From the NCBI GenBank assembly GCA_902578135.1, contig CACHBU010000001.1:211569-275568 (forward strand): a stretch of 64,000 nt of DNA, in the 5' to 3' direction. Made by a program: the position numbers and the translations under genes. How positions within the stretch are numbered: position 1 is the stretch's first letter; each line of letters begins with the position of its first letter. Under the pieces are notes generated by a model. The model was not told the origin of the DNA. It saw nothing but the letters and a program-made list of their open reading frames with translations, and ran no database searches. Source of the stretch: an uncultured Candidatus Actinomarina sp. GTDB lineage: Bacteria > Actinomycetota > Acidimicrobiia > Actinomarinales > Actinomarinaceae. Of the stretch, positions 18,159-28,090 are shown piece after piece.

Positions 18159-18374
18159 ATGAAAATATTAGAGTTTTTTATTCAAGGATCAAGGTCTCTA
18201 CTCGCATTATTTGGTTTAGGTGGGGGCAACTGCATGTACTACCCATCATGTACAAGTGTTATCGTTGATAGTTTTGAAAAAAATGGGTTGATTAGGACTG
18301 TTTCAGTTATTTTCAGAAGAATATTCATTTGCAACCCAATATATAAGAAAATTGGTAAAAATTGGCAATATTAG
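18159..18374 (+). CDS. yidD: Membrane protein insertion efficiency factor YidD
   Basis: 71 aa. YYPSCTSVIVDSFEKNGLIRTVSVIFRRIFICNP fits the YidD Cys pattern. It lies between rnpA and yidC. Confidence 0.7.
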   Translation: MKILEFFIQGSRSLLALFGLGGGNCMYYPSCTSVIVDSFEKNGLIRTVSVIFRRIFICNPIYKKIGKNWQY

Positions 18375-19174
18375 AACCATTTGCGCTTGCTATAGGGTAT
18401 TTACTCTCTTATGTTTATGACTACACAGCATCATATGGATATTCAATTGTCATTTTGACAATAATAATTAACGTAATAATTTTCCCACTTACACTGAGAC
18501 AAACTAGATCAACAAAGAGAATGCAAGATGCTCAGTCAGACATAAAACGACTTCAAAAACAATACAAAGACAACAAAGAAGAACTCAACAAAGCAATGGC
18601 TGCAATGTATAAAGAAAAAGGCATTAATCCCCTTGGTTGCATACTTCCACTTTTAGTTCAAATGCCTATATGGTTTGCTCTTTTTAGAGTTCTAAGAGAG
18701 CCTTTGGCTTTTATACCAAGCTCATCTAACCTTTCAAACAGCCTAGCTGTCAGTACGAGCCTTAAATTTTTCAATATGGATCTCCAAATTCCACCCTCAG
18801 AAGTTGTTGAGTGGATTGAAAGAGTTCCTTATTTAGTGCTGATTTTATTGGTTATTCTTACTGCTTTATATCAGCAGAATCAGATAACTAAGAAGACTGG
18901 AAAAAGCGACAATCCTCAAGCACAACAAATGCAAATGGTAGGAAAAGTCATGCCTTTATTTTTCGGATTTATTTCTTGGACTTTACCAACAGGTTTAGTT
19001 GTCTACTTTCTAACAGGAAATATATTTCGTATTGGGCAACAAGCATTGATTGTAAAGCTTGATGATAAAGAAACTAATAAAAAAGAAGAAAACAAAAAAG
19101 AAAACGAGGAACAACAACAAAACCCTGTTCAAGAAAATTCTCGTAAAAACCGCAAAAAAAGAAGGAGAAAGTAA
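18362..19174 (+). CDS. yidC: Membrane protein insertase YidC/Oxa1 family
   Basis: PLGCILPLLVQMPIWFALFRVL and YFLTGNIFRIGQQ motifs, with a basic C-terminal tail. Confidence 0.88.
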   Translation: MAILEPFALAIGYLLSYVYDYTASYGYSIVILTIIINVIIFPLTLRQTRSTKRMQDAQSDIKRLQKQYKDNKEELNKAMAAMYKEKGINPLGCILPLLVQMPIWFALFRVLREPLAFIPSSSNLSNSLAVSTSLKFFNMDLQIPPSEVVEWIERVPYLVLILLVILTALYQQNQITKKTGKSDNPQAQQMQMVGKVMPLFFGFISWTLPTGLVVYFLTGNIFRIGQQALIVKLDDKETNKKEENKKENEEQQQNPVQENSRKNRKKRRRK

Positions 19175-19917
19175 TGGCTAACAACAAGTGGGTAGAGGTT
19201 GAAGCAAAATCTATAGATGACGCAATTAAAGCAGGATTAAACGAACTAAACCTTGAAGATGCAACGCAAGCAAATATAAATATTTTAAGAGAACCAGAAG
19301 GCGGTGTTTTTGGCGTGGGTGGAACTAAAGCACTTGTTCGGATTTCTGTAAGGAACGGAGGTTCTAGAAACTATAACAACAAAAATAAAAGAAATAACGG
19401 TAATAAAAACGGGTACAAAAAACAATATTCTCCTAAAAAGCCGCGTATAGAGGCCGATAAAGATGAACAGTTGAAGGTTTCTATTAACTTTTTAGAAGGT
19501 TTGGTAAAGTCTTTTGGACTTGATGGAAAAGTAGAAGGCACACTAGAAGACGAAAATCTAATTGTGAATGTAATAGGAGAACAAACAGAGGCATTAGTTG
19601 GAGAAAAAGGTTTTATTATAAGATCTATACACGAGCTGACAAGAACTGTAGTACAAAGAAAAACAGGCGCCGGAACAAGACTTAGGCTTGATGTCGCTGA
19701 TTATGCAACAAAACGCAAAGAAGCGCTGACAATATATGCAGAAAGATTGAGTAAACAAATTCTTGAAGACAAACAAGAAGTTATGTTAGAGCCAATGAAC
19801 TCTGTTGATAGAAAAACACTCCACGACGCCGCGGCAACGTTTGACGGAATTAGGTCTTATTCTGAAGGTAGAGAGCCGTATAGATCTGTTGTTTTTGCTC
19901 CTGAAGAGGAAGAATGA
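19174..19917 (+). CDS. jag: Jag/KhpB-type RNA-binding protein (Jag_N, KH, R3H)
   Basis: R3H region EPMNSVDRKTLHDAAATFDGIRSYSEGREPYRSVV. Conserved position after yidC. Confidence 0.82.
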   Translation: MANNKWVEVEAKSIDDAIKAGLNELNLEDATQANINILREPEGGVFGVGGTKALVRISVRNGGSRNYNNKNKRNNGNKNGYKKQYSPKKPRIEADKDEQLKVSINFLEGLVKSFGLDGKVEGTLEDENLIVNVIGEQTEALVGEKGFIIRSIHELTRTVVQRKTGAGTRLRLDVADYATKRKEALTIYAERLSKQILEDKQEVMLEPMNSVDRKTLHDAAATFDGIRSYSEGREPYRSVVFAPEEEE

Positions 19918-20510
19918 CCTTCGAGCCCCAAATTCCAGATTGGGGTAATGAGTACAAAAACTATCTTGAAAGGCTCAAAAGCTATCATGACTGGTTGTGC
20001 AAAACAGGCATAAACAATGGATTAATAAGTGAAAAGCCCTTGCAGTACATATGGGACGAATTCATAGTCCACTCGTTGTATTTTGGAAAAATACTGCAAA
20101 ATATTAAAAATAATGATAAAAATATATATGACCTAGGCACAGGCGGTGGAATTCCTGGAATTCCTATTGCTTTAACTAACCCAAACAAATTATTCACGCT
20201 TGTCGACATAAGCGAAAGTAGAGCTTTTGAACTTCAAAGGCTAAAAAATATATTAAATTTAGAAAATGTTGAAGTTCTTAATGAGAGTGCTGATGCAGTT
20301 TTAACAGATAACAACACGTACATTTCTCGCTGCTTTATCTCATCAAAAGACGTTTTGAAAAACATAAAACAATTAAAAAACGTAACATACATAGTCTCTT
20401 CAAACGGAGAAAATTTAAACGAAAATAAAGAAAAGTTTCACGTGAAACAAGAAAAATTCACCATTAATTCAACAAACATAAGACACATTGATGTTATAAA
20501 TGTTAAGTGA
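19914..20510 (+). CDS. rsmG: 16S rRNA (guanine527-N7)-methyltransferase
   Basis: SAM-binding motif DLGTGGGIPGIPIAL. Position between jag and parA. Confidence 0.85.
   Translation: MTFEPQIPDWGNEYKNYLERLKSYHDWLCKTGINNGLISEKPLQYIWDEFIVHSLYFGKILQNIKNNDKNIYDLGTGGGIPGIPIALTNPNKLFTLVDISESRAFELQRLKNILNLENVEVLNESADAVLTDNNTYISRCFISSKDVLKNIKQLKNVTYIVSSNGENLNENKEKFHVKQEKFTINSTNIRHIDVINVK
20434..20449. other. parS centromere-like site
   Basis: AGTTTCACGTGAAACA has one mismatch to the TGTTNCACGTGAAACA consensus. It is palindromic, sits inside the 3' end of rsmG and is 58 nt upstream of parA. Confidence 0.8.
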
Positions 20511-21262
20511 AGGTTATTACAATATTGTGCCAAAAAGGTGGAGTTGGTAAAACAACTTTTGTTGTAAATTTAGGAAAACTACTTTCACACAAAGGCCACA
20601 AAACTCTATTGATAGATACCGATCCTCAAGGAAATGTATCAACATACCTAAATTTTGATAAAAACTCTAAAGAAGCGCTAAACACAACAGATTTATTTGA
20701 AAACAGGCTAGATAAAGAAATTATGAAAGTTTCTGAAAGTCTTTATTTGATTCCTTCAAATAAATCAATAACTAAGCACAGTAATGAAAAAATTATAGGT
20801 GGATCAAAACTCATGAAACATAAAAACTTTTTTAGGGAAAAGGGCTTTGACTTAATTTTGATTGATACCCCACCAACGATAAGCTCTTTAACACAAGAGT
20901 CTTTAACAATAAGTGATTATTACTTGATACCATCAAAACCTGAATTTTTAGCTGTAGAAGGAGTTTCTCAAGCAATGGATTTTGCAAAGGAAACAATAAA
21001 TAACGTTATCAAAGCGGACCCTATATTTTTAGGTGTTGTTTTAAACCAAGTTGACACTAGAAGATCAAGCTTTCAGTCCTTTGAAAACGAACTCAGGTTT
21101 TTATTGGCTGACAAACTTTTTAATTCAAAAATTTCCCAATTAACTGAAATAGCTGACAGCCCATTCTATTCTAAGACCGTGCTTGATTTCAATGAAAACA
21201 GCAAAGCAAAGCTTGAATTTATTGAGCTTTCCGAAGAAATTTTTGAAAAAGTGGGATTATGA
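20507..21262 (+). CDS. parA: Chromosome partitioning ATPase ParA/Soj
   Basis: Deviant Walker A KGGVGKTT, DTDPQGN, and LIDTPP. Confidence 0.92.
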   Translation: MKVITILCQKGGVGKTTFVVNLGKLLSHKGHKTLLIDTDPQGNVSTYLNFDKNSKEALNTTDLFENRLDKEIMKVSESLYLIPSNKSITKHSNEKIIGGSKLMKHKNFFREKGFDLILIDTPPTISSLTQESLTISDYYLIPSKPEFLAVEGVSQAMDFAKETINNVIKADPIFLGVVLNQVDTRRSSFQSFENELRFLLADKLFNSKISQLTEIADSPFYSKTVLDFNENSKAKLEFIELSEEIFEKVGL

Positions 21263-22053
21263 AACGTACTTTAAGCGACCTAATAACCAATAGCGATACT
21301 AAAGATCTTGTGATAAAAAATGTGAATATTGACTCTATTAAGGAGAGTCCAACCCAGGCCCGTAAAAAGTTTGACCAAAAAAAATTAGAGGAATTAAGAG
21401 ATTCGATATCTAAAAATGGAATACTCCAACCACTTATTGTTCAGAAGCTTGAAAACAATCAATATGAACTGATTGCCGGCGAGAGAAGACTGAGAGCATC
21501 TAAAATGCTTAAATTAGAATCTGTTCCCTGTCTTATAAAGGACGTAAGTCAAAGAGATGCAGCAGTTCTCGGAATAGTTGAAAATATTCAAAGAAGCCAG
21601 TTAAATTCAATTGAAGAGGCTTTGGCTTATAAAAATCTAAAAGAAAACTATGAACTTTCTAACGATGAAATAGGCTTTTTAGTTGGTAAAAGTAGACCTC
21701 ATATTTCTAACATGCTTAGAATTTCTAACCTAAGCCCAAATGCTCAAAACGCTTTAAGTAATGAAGAGGTCTCGTTTGGCCAGATCAAACCAATTATAGT
21801 TTTAGAGCACAGCGTTCAAGATAAGATGCTGAAAGATATAATTGCATTAAATCTTTCTAGTAGAGATGTGGAAGAAAAAGTTCGTCAACTCCACAGTACT
21901 AACGCAGATGAAGAGTCTTATCATTATAAAAATATGTTGGAAAATCTACTTGGAACGAAGGTCACATTTAAAAAAAGCAAAAATAAAACAAAAATAAGTT
22001 TTACATTAAATTCAAAAGAAGACCTTGATTCGTTTATAAAAAAAATCTCTTAA
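21259..22053 (+). CDS. parB: Chromosome partitioning protein ParB/Spo0J
   Basis: LQPLIV, IAGERRLRAS (ParB box) and VENIQRSQLNSIEEA (HTH region). Confidence 0.92.
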   Translation: MKRTLSDLITNSDTKDLVIKNVNIDSIKESPTQARKKFDQKKLEELRDSISKNGILQPLIVQKLENNQYELIAGERRLRASKMLKLESVPCLIKDVSQRDAAVLGIVENIQRSQLNSIEEALAYKNLKENYELSNDEIGFLVGKSRPHISNMLRISNLSPNAQNALSNEEVSFGQIKPIIVLEHSVQDKMLKDIIALNLSSRDVEEKVRQLHSTNADEESYHYKNMLENLLGTKVTFKKSKNKTKISFTLNSKEDLDSFIKKIS

Positions 22054-23000
22054 TCTTTATAAATTTCTTTTAATTCCTCAAGAATGCAAGAAAGTAAATC
22101 GATTATTGCATATTGGTAAAAATTACCATTTATTACTAAAGTGACAGATTTAGTATTTTTTAAAACAGACAAAGACCTGCCCTCTGCAACAAACCCCATT
22201 GAGGATTCAATCTTTCTTGAGATTCTTTCACCAATTGAACTTGATGAATGTTTACCTTGGAAAAAATTTACTTTTAAATCTACAGAGTTTCTTAAACTCA
22301 AAAACAAAGTGGGATTAACTTTGTTTACGTACTCGATACTGTTTTCTTCATCATTGTCTTGTGTGATTTCTGAAGAAAAAGAAATATTTAAGTTGTTTTC
22401 ATTACAGAAGTCTTTTATTTTTTGATATAAACCTATCTGTTCTTTATAATCTCCACGGTTTTCTATGTCAAAACAGATTGAAAGATTGCTAGAACTCCCC
22501 TTAAAGGTTTTTACAGCCTCATTCAAAGAAGTATTCATTGTTGGCCTTAGCAATTTTTTAATTTCAGCTGCAGTTTCTAGGCCTACCGTACCATCAACGG
22601 ACAATCCTCTATTTTCCTGAAACAACTTAACAGATCTACTTACATTATTATCAAAAGTAGAATTTATCGGTTCAGAGTAAAAACCCAACCTAGAAAGATA
22701 TTCTTGAAGCTCTTCTACATCAGAACCATATAAAACTGGTTTTGACAATAAAAGAATCCTATCACCCAAAACATAACCATTGTTTAAGAGTTCAAGCCAT
22801 AAATGCTCTTTCGAAATAGTTTTTGAAAGGTTGTGATCTTCTATAAACAACTCTACAAGATTGATTAACTCTTCAACGTTTTTAGAACCAGGATAACCAC
22901 ATGAATTGAGTTTTATATTTATATCATCTAACTCTTCGTTTGAAAGTTCTTGTAAGTATTTTGTAAAGTTTAAATTAGTGGTCAAGCCATCTCTCAACAT
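22050..23000 (-). CDS. CwlM-like protein: peptidoglycan-binding domain plus a degenerate amidase-3-like domain
   Basis: LSRLGFYSEPINSTFDNNVSRSVKLFQENRGLSVDGTVGLETAAEI is a PG_binding_1 repeat. The C-terminal half aligns loosely with MurNAc-L-Ala amidase, but ICFDIENRG and LFLSLRNS replace the usual DPGHGG and ISIHAN metal ligands. It lies next to trxB, as cwlM does in mycobacteria. The start is uncertain (26-nt overlap with trxB). Confidence 0.55.
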   Translation of the reverse strand: MLRDGLTTNLNFTKYLQELSNEELDDINIKLNSCGYPGSKNVEELINLVELFIEDHNLSKTISKEHLWLELLNNGYVLGDRILLLSKPVLYGSDVEELQEYLSRLGFYSEPINSTFDNNVSRSVKLFQENRGLSVDGTVGLETAAEIKKLLRPTMNTSLNEAVKTFKGSSSNLSICFDIENRGDYKEQIGLYQKIKDFCNENNLNISFSSEITQDNDEENSIEYVNKVNPTLFLSLRNSVDLKVNFFQGKHSSSSIGERISRKIESSMGFVAEGRSLSVLKNTKSVTLVINGNFYQYAIIDLLSCILEELKEIYKD

Positions 23001-23904
23001 CCATTGCTGCTTGACACCCGGTACCAGCAGCAGTAATTGCTTGTCTGTATAAAGAATCTGCTACATCGCCAGCTGCAAACACACCAGGTACTGAAGTGCT
23101 TGTCTCCGTTGTGAACCCAGTTTTTATGTATCCTTTTTCATCAAGTTCTACAAGCTCGTCTAAAAATTTTACATTTGGATCATGACCTATGGCAACAAAC
23201 ACTCCATCAAGCTCTAATTCACTCGTTGTTTCGTTTTCTACATCTTTCAACTCAATTGATGAAACGCTCCCATCACCATTAATTTTTTCAACAGTTTTGT
23301 TCCAAACAACTTCTATTTGTTCATGATTTAGTACCCTGTCTTGCATTATTTGGCTTGCTCTAAACTGGTCTCTTCTGTGTATTACATAAACTTTTGATGC
23401 AAACTTTGTTAAAAACAGTGCCTCTTCCATTGCAGAATCACCGCCACCCACAACTGCAACAATCTTCTCTTTAAAGAAAAAACCATCACAGGTAGCACAT
23501 GCTGAAACGCCATATCCCTGTAATTCTTTTTCACCTTCTACTCCAAGCCATCTCGCTGATGCCCCAGATGCAATTATTACTGATTTAAACAGGTACTCTC
23601 CCTTAGAACTTGTTAGCTTAAAACCATTATCAAGTTTTTCTATTGAATCTATTGTTTCTGTTTTAATTTCTGTTCCAAACCTTTCAGCTTGTCCTTTAAA
23701 AACTTGCATTAATTCAGGACCCATAATGCCATCGACAAAACCTGGATAATTTTCAACATCTGTGGTCAACATCAACTGACCCCCAGATTCTAAACCTTCA
23801 AAAAGTACTGGAGAGAGACTTGCTCTTCCAGCATAAATTCCTGCAGTATATCCTGCCGGACCAGAACCAATAATTGCTACACTTTCCATTACTTTTTTCT
23901 CCAA
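22975..23904 (-). CDS. trxB: Thioredoxin-disulfide reductase
   Basis: FAD motif GSGPAGYTAG, redox centre CATCDG, NADPH motif GGGDSAMEEA. Confidence 0.96.
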   Translation of the reverse strand: MEKKVMESVAIIGSGPAGYTAGIYAGRASLSPVLFEGLESGGQLMLTTDVENYPGFVDGIMGPELMQVFKGQAERFGTEIKTETIDSIEKLDNGFKLTSSKGEYLFKSVIIASGASARWLGVEGEKELQGYGVSACATCDGFFFKEKIVAVVGGGDSAMEEALFLTKFASKVYVIHRRDQFRASQIMQDRVLNHEQIEVVWNKTVEKINGDGSVSSIELKDVENETTSELELDGVFVAIGHDPNVKFLDELVELDEKGYIKTGFTTETSTSVPGVFAAGDVADSLYRQAITAAGTGCQAAMDVERWLDH

Positions 23905-24170
23905 TAATTTCTTAAAGACATAATTAAGAAGAGTAGTCCTATTGAGGCAAAAGCAAAGCCTGTTGGATTAATTCCAAGAAGTAACCCAAGCCCCTGCATA
24001 ATTTTTATTATTCCAATAATAAGAAATCCCAAAGCCATTAAAAGCAAAACAACCAACAGAAATCCCATTGATGCAAACCCTGCAATTCTTTTTACAGGTT
24101 TAACAACTAACCTTTTAATAGTTTCAATTAAGCTTTCTACGGATTCTACAAAACTATCTTCTTGTTCCAT
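23889..24170 (-). CDS. Small two-TM membrane protein (holin-X-like size and topology; function unknown)
   Basis: 93 aa with two long hydrophobic segments and a basic C-terminus. It overlaps the trxB start by 16 nt. Confidence 0.5.
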   Translation of the reverse strand: MEQEDSFVESVESLIETIKRLVVKPVKRIAGFASMGFLLVVLLLMALGFLIIGIIKIMQGLGLLLGINPTGFAFASIGLLFLIMSLRNYWRKK

Positions 24171-24217
24171 ATATCTAATATTAAGCGTTCAAAAATTATT
24201 AATGTAGTTCTAAAAAT

Positions 24218-24940
24218 CTAACTAGTACTTAAGATTATGAAATTAGTTTTTGTAAATTCAAAACCATGTTTTGTATAGAGGCCTTTAGCAGCCTCGTTAT
24301 TCTCTTGTGTATTTAAACGTATATTTATGTATTTTTTTTCTTTGGCAAAGTTAAGAACACTATTAAGCAATTTGGAACCATGACCATTGTGTTGATATTC
24401 TGTACTAATTCCAAATCTTTGTAAGAATGAAAAGTTTCTTGTTGCTCCCAAAATCGCATACCCAATAAGACTATCTCCGCTATATTCTTTGAACAAAAAG
24501 TTTTGATTACAGCTATCAAGAGTTTCTACAAATGCCGCCCTTGAATTTTGCCAATAAGGGCTAAATATAGATCTATCAAGATCAATTAATTCATCGATAT
24601 TGTTTTTTGTAAAATTTTCATAATGCGAAGGCTCAATATTTTTTAGTTCTAAACTTCTTAAATTTATTGACAGAACATTTAATTTTTCAGCAGCATTCCA
24701 TCCAGATGACAACCAACTGTGGGTTTCATTTTCTTGAACCATTGATGAATTAAATTTAAACCCTGTATTTTCAGCTTCTAGTTTTATTCTCTTTAGAAGA
24801 CTCCTCCCACCATAAACTTTTTCAAAATAAATTATCGAAGTAACATCGTTCCATTTTCTTGTTTGGTAACTTCCAACCCAAGAACTGTGTTTGGTTTTCT
24901 CATCTGTTAAATACATACTTAAGTATCTTCTTATCTTCAT
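24218..24940 (-). CDS. GNAT family N-acetyltransferase
   Basis: The C-terminal half GYAILGATRNFSFLQRFGISTEYQHNGHGSKLLNSVLNFAKE...GLYTKHGFE is a GNAT acetyl-CoA-binding core. The start may be the internal Met at 24916. Confidence 0.7.
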   Translation of the reverse strand: MKIRRYLSMYLTDEKTKHSSWVGSYQTRKWNDVTSIIYFEKVYGGRSLLKRIKLEAENTGFKFNSSMVQENETHSWLSSGWNAAEKLNVLSINLRSLELKNIEPSHYENFTKNNIDELIDLDRSIFSPYWQNSRAAFVETLDSCNQNFLFKEYSGDSLIGYAILGATRNFSFLQRFGISTEYQHNGHGSKLLNSVLNFAKEKKYINIRLNTQENNEAAKGLYTKHGFEFTKTNFIILSTS

Positions 24941-25325
24941 CGTGTGTTAGGAGATTTTCAGCCGTTTCATAATCAACTAAAGCCACTTCCTCAATTTCAT
25001 CATCAGGTTCGCTATCAAACGCTTTCACTACATACATTTTGAAAAACCAAACTGTTTTCTTAACCTTTTCATTGTTAACCGATATTTCATAGCGTGATTC
25101 AGCCAAGGGCTTTTCATCAGATAGTTCTACGATAAAACCGGTTTCTTCTGATACTTCTCTTTTTGCAGCGTCCTTTGGTGTTTCACCTTCTTCCATGTGC
25201 CCTTTAGGAAAGCCCCAAAAGGATTTTGGATCATCTACATATTCACTTTTTCTGTTCTTAACAAGCAATACCTTGTCGTTATCTACAACAATTCCCCCAG
25301 CTGCAAAATCTACTTTTGAATTCAT
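24900..25325 (-). CDS. NUDIX hydrolase
   Basis: Nudix box GFPKGHMEEGETPKDAAKREVSEETG. Confidence 0.88.
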   Translation of the reverse strand: MNSKVDFAAGGIVVDNDKVLLVKNRKSEYVDDPKSFWGFPKGHMEEGETPKDAAKREVSEETGFIVELSDEKPLAESRYEISVNNEKVKKTVWFFKMYVVKAFDSEPDDEIEEVALVDYETAENLLTHDEDKKILKYVFNR

Positions 25326-25362
25326 ATTTCTTTTTATATAAAACTTCTTCTAAGCTATCCAT

Positions 25363-26736
25363 ATGGTACCAAGAACTCTTTTAGATTTAATTGAGAATAA
25401 TGGATATTTAAGATCTTTATCGAACCTCTACAGTTCAAATGGTTATGATTTTTATCTTGTTGGAGGTGCAGTAAGAGATGGTATTTTAGATATTCCAACA
25501 AAAGACTTTGATTTTACAACTAATGCCCCTCCAGAAGAATCTATAAAAATGCTAAATGATGGAGGATATAAAACCACAGAAGTGGGGATAGCATTTGGAA
25601 CCATTGAGCTACAACTTAAAAAAAACTCAATTCACATTACAACTTACAGGAAAGATACATACGAAAATTCTTCAAGAAACCCATCTATAGAATCAGCAGC
25701 AGATTTAAATACAGATCTTTCTAGAAGAGATTTCACAATTAATGCGATAGCTTATTCGATTAAGGAAAACGAACTTCTTGATCCGTTTTTTGGACTAAAA
25801 GATTTATCCTTAGGAACAATTAAAACACCGGACGATCCGATTATTTCTTTTTCAGATGACCCATTAAGAATGCTGAGGCTTTGTAGGTTCATTAGTACTC
25901 ACGGATTTTCACCCGATGATGATACATATACAGCAATGAGAAACAACGTTGAAAGAATCAAAATAGTATCAGTTGAAAGAATAAGAGATGAACTAAATAA
26001 ACTATTACTAGGAAATGATGCGCCAATGGGTATTCGTGCTTTAGTAGAGAGCGGTTTAAGTTCGTATATTATTCCAGAAATAAATGAACTTAAAATGGAA
26101 GTTGACCCAAAGCATCATCACAAAGATGTATACGAACACTCACTAGAAGTTTTAAGTGGAGTACCACCAAGACTTTCATTAAGAATGGGGGCACTCCTGC
26201 ATGATATTGCCAAACCGAACACTAAAGGAATAGAAAATGGCAAAGTACACTTTAGACACCACGAAGTTGTAGGTGCAAGGATGACAAAAAAGATATTAAA
26301 ACGATTGAAGTATGACAATAAAACAATTGAAGATGTAGCGCAACTTGTAGAACAGAGTGCACGCCCACATACGTTCAAGATGGGATGGACTGATTCCGCA
26401 GTAAGAAGGTATATTGTCGATGCTGGACACATGCTTGAGGACTTAAATGCCTTAGTAAGAGCAGATGTAACAACTAAAAACAAACAAAAAAAACGAGAGA
26501 TACATCAAACGCTTGATGAGTTGGAAAAAAGAATTGAGGAAGTTAAAGCTAAAGAGGAACTATCCAAAATTAGACCAGCTTTATCAGGAGATGAGATTAT
26601 GGAACATTTCAACATTCAACCTGGACCTAAAGTTGGAGTTATTATGAAAGCCCTATATGAACAAAGGATCAACGACGGTGAGGTGTCCAAAAAAGACGCT
26701 TTAAAACTTGCTGAGGAAATATATAAAAATTTATAA
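25363..26736 (+). CDS. cca: CCA-adding enzyme / poly(A) polymerase family nucleotidyltransferase with an HD domain
   Basis: LVGGAVRDGIL, RRDFTINA, and HD region HHKDVYEHS...LLHDIAKP. Divergent from the NUDIX gene, as in mycobacteria. Confidence 0.85.
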   Translation: MVPRTLLDLIENNGYLRSLSNLYSSNGYDFYLVGGAVRDGILDIPTKDFDFTTNAPPEESIKMLNDGGYKTTEVGIAFGTIELQLKKNSIHITTYRKDTYENSSRNPSIESAADLNTDLSRRDFTINAIAYSIKENELLDPFFGLKDLSLGTIKTPDDPIISFSDDPLRMLRLCRFISTHGFSPDDDTYTAMRNNVERIKIVSVERIRDELNKLLLGNDAPMGIRALVESGLSSYIIPEINELKMEVDPKHHHKDVYEHSLEVLSGVPPRLSLRMGALLHDIAKPNTKGIENGKVHFRHHEVVGARMTKKILKRLKYDNKTIEDVAQLVEQSARPHTFKMGWTDSAVRRYIVDAGHMLEDLNALVRADVTTKNKQKKREIHQTLDELEKRIEEVKAKEELSKIRPALSGDEIMEHFNIQPGPKVGVIMKALYEQRINDGEVSKKDALKLAEEIYKNL

Positions 26737-26772
26737 TTGTATAAATATACATTTGTTTGTATATTTATAAAT

Positions 26773-27234
26773 ATGACAAAAGCAACTATTCAAAGACAAA
26801 AGCTGATTGCTGACTTTATTGATTCTGGAAATATTTCATCACAGAATCAACTTAAAGGAATGCTTAAAAAGAATGGGACAGTTATTACGCAAGCCACTCT
26901 GTCAAGAGACTTAAATGAGCTTGGAGCTATAAAGAAAAGATTAAAAAATGGTAGGTTGGTTTACTTGTTACCAAAAAATCAAGATAATAACGCTCAATAC
27001 AAAATAGCCAAAAGAGCACTTCAAGACTTTGTTTTAGAAATAGAGCCAGTTTCTAACCAAGTTGTTGTTAAGACAACTACTGCTGCTGCTCAAGTAATCG
27101 CTGAGTCAATTGATAACTTGTACATTGAAGGTATAGTTGCATCAATTGCTGGAGACAATGTAGTTTTAATAATCACTCCAAATGAAAAGATAGCTAAAGA
27201 CGTAGCAAACACTATTGAGAACAACATAAACTAA
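26773..27234 (+). CDS. argR: Arginine repressor
   Basis: I prefer the ATG at 26773 (MTKATIQRQKLIADFI). Winged-helix region ISSQNQLKGMLKKNGTVITQATLSRDLNELGAIK. The C-terminal region GIVASIAGDNVVLII is the arginine-binding motif. Confidence 0.85.
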   Translation: MTKATIQRQKLIADFIDSGNISSQNQLKGMLKKNGTVITQATLSRDLNELGAIKKRLKNGRLVYLLPKNQDNNAQYKIAKRALQDFVLEIEPVSNQVVVKTTTAAAQVIAESIDNLYIEGIVASIAGDNVVLIITPNEKIAKDVANTIENNIN

Positions 27235-27238
27235 CTGA

Positions 27239-28045
27239 ATGCTCCTGTTTTCAAAATATGAGAATGCTTTTGACAATATTTTTATAAGCCAACCTGTTGT
27301 TGATATCGACATAGAAGACTCCAACTGTTTTATCGTAAGATTTCCGAAATTCAGAAGAATAACGCATTTTATTCTTTCTTTTGATGCAGAGAATCTTTTT
27401 TTAGACTCAAAAAGTGCATTTGGATACTCGTTTAACCTAGAGGAACTGCTTTTAAAGCATGAGAACAACAGCGAAAACGGTTACTTCGTCATGGGAGTTA
27501 CATCAAATAAAAATAGAAAAAAACAATACAACCCTTATCCGCCAAGTAGAAACAACAACTATGCAATCAGCCATATACAATCAATTGTTGAACAATACTT
27601 ACCTATAGTCTTAGCTGATTATGATGTTGAATTTAGCTCGACTAAAAGGATTGTTATGGGATCGTCAATGGGAGGTCTTATGTCAATAAAAACATCAATT
27701 TTATACCCCACCTTTGATAATGTTATTTCATTCTCTCCTGCATTTTGGTATGGATATACAGATTTTATAAATGACCTAAAGAACCTCAATAAGAAAGTTA
27801 TATGTAATATCTCCGTTGGTTCTGAAGAAGGTGAAATATTTGAAGATAAAACAAACAGTATCAAACCTGCTGAATGGGGTTTAGATTACACTAACAACAG
27901 TGACTTTTATGTTTCTGGTGTAAAAAAAATTAATGAAACTATCAAAGAAAACAATATTGAGACAAACTTTATTCAACTACCAAACGGGAAGCATAACGAA
28001 AATTCATGGAACCAAGTATTAGATAAATTCTTGATTTCTACATAA
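27239..28045 (+). CDS. Alpha/beta-hydrolase, putative esterase family
   Basis: Nucleophile elbow GSSMGGLMS, with a C-terminal GKHNENSW consistent with the catalytic His region. Confidence 0.6.
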   Translation: MLLFSKYENAFDNIFISQPVVDIDIEDSNCFIVRFPKFRRITHFILSFDAENLFLDSKSAFGYSFNLEELLLKHENNSENGYFVMGVTSNKNRKKQYNPYPPSRNNNYAISHIQSIVEQYLPIVLADYDVEFSSTKRIVMGSSMGGLMSIKTSILYPTFDNVISFSPAFWYGYTDFINDLKNLNKKVICNISVGSEEGEIFEDKTNSIKPAEWGLDYTNNSDFYVSGVKKINETIKENNIETNFIQLPNGKHNENSWNQVLDKFLIST

Positions 28046-28090
28046 AACACTAGCAATTTGGGACTGTTGTACATTATTCTTATTCAATAG

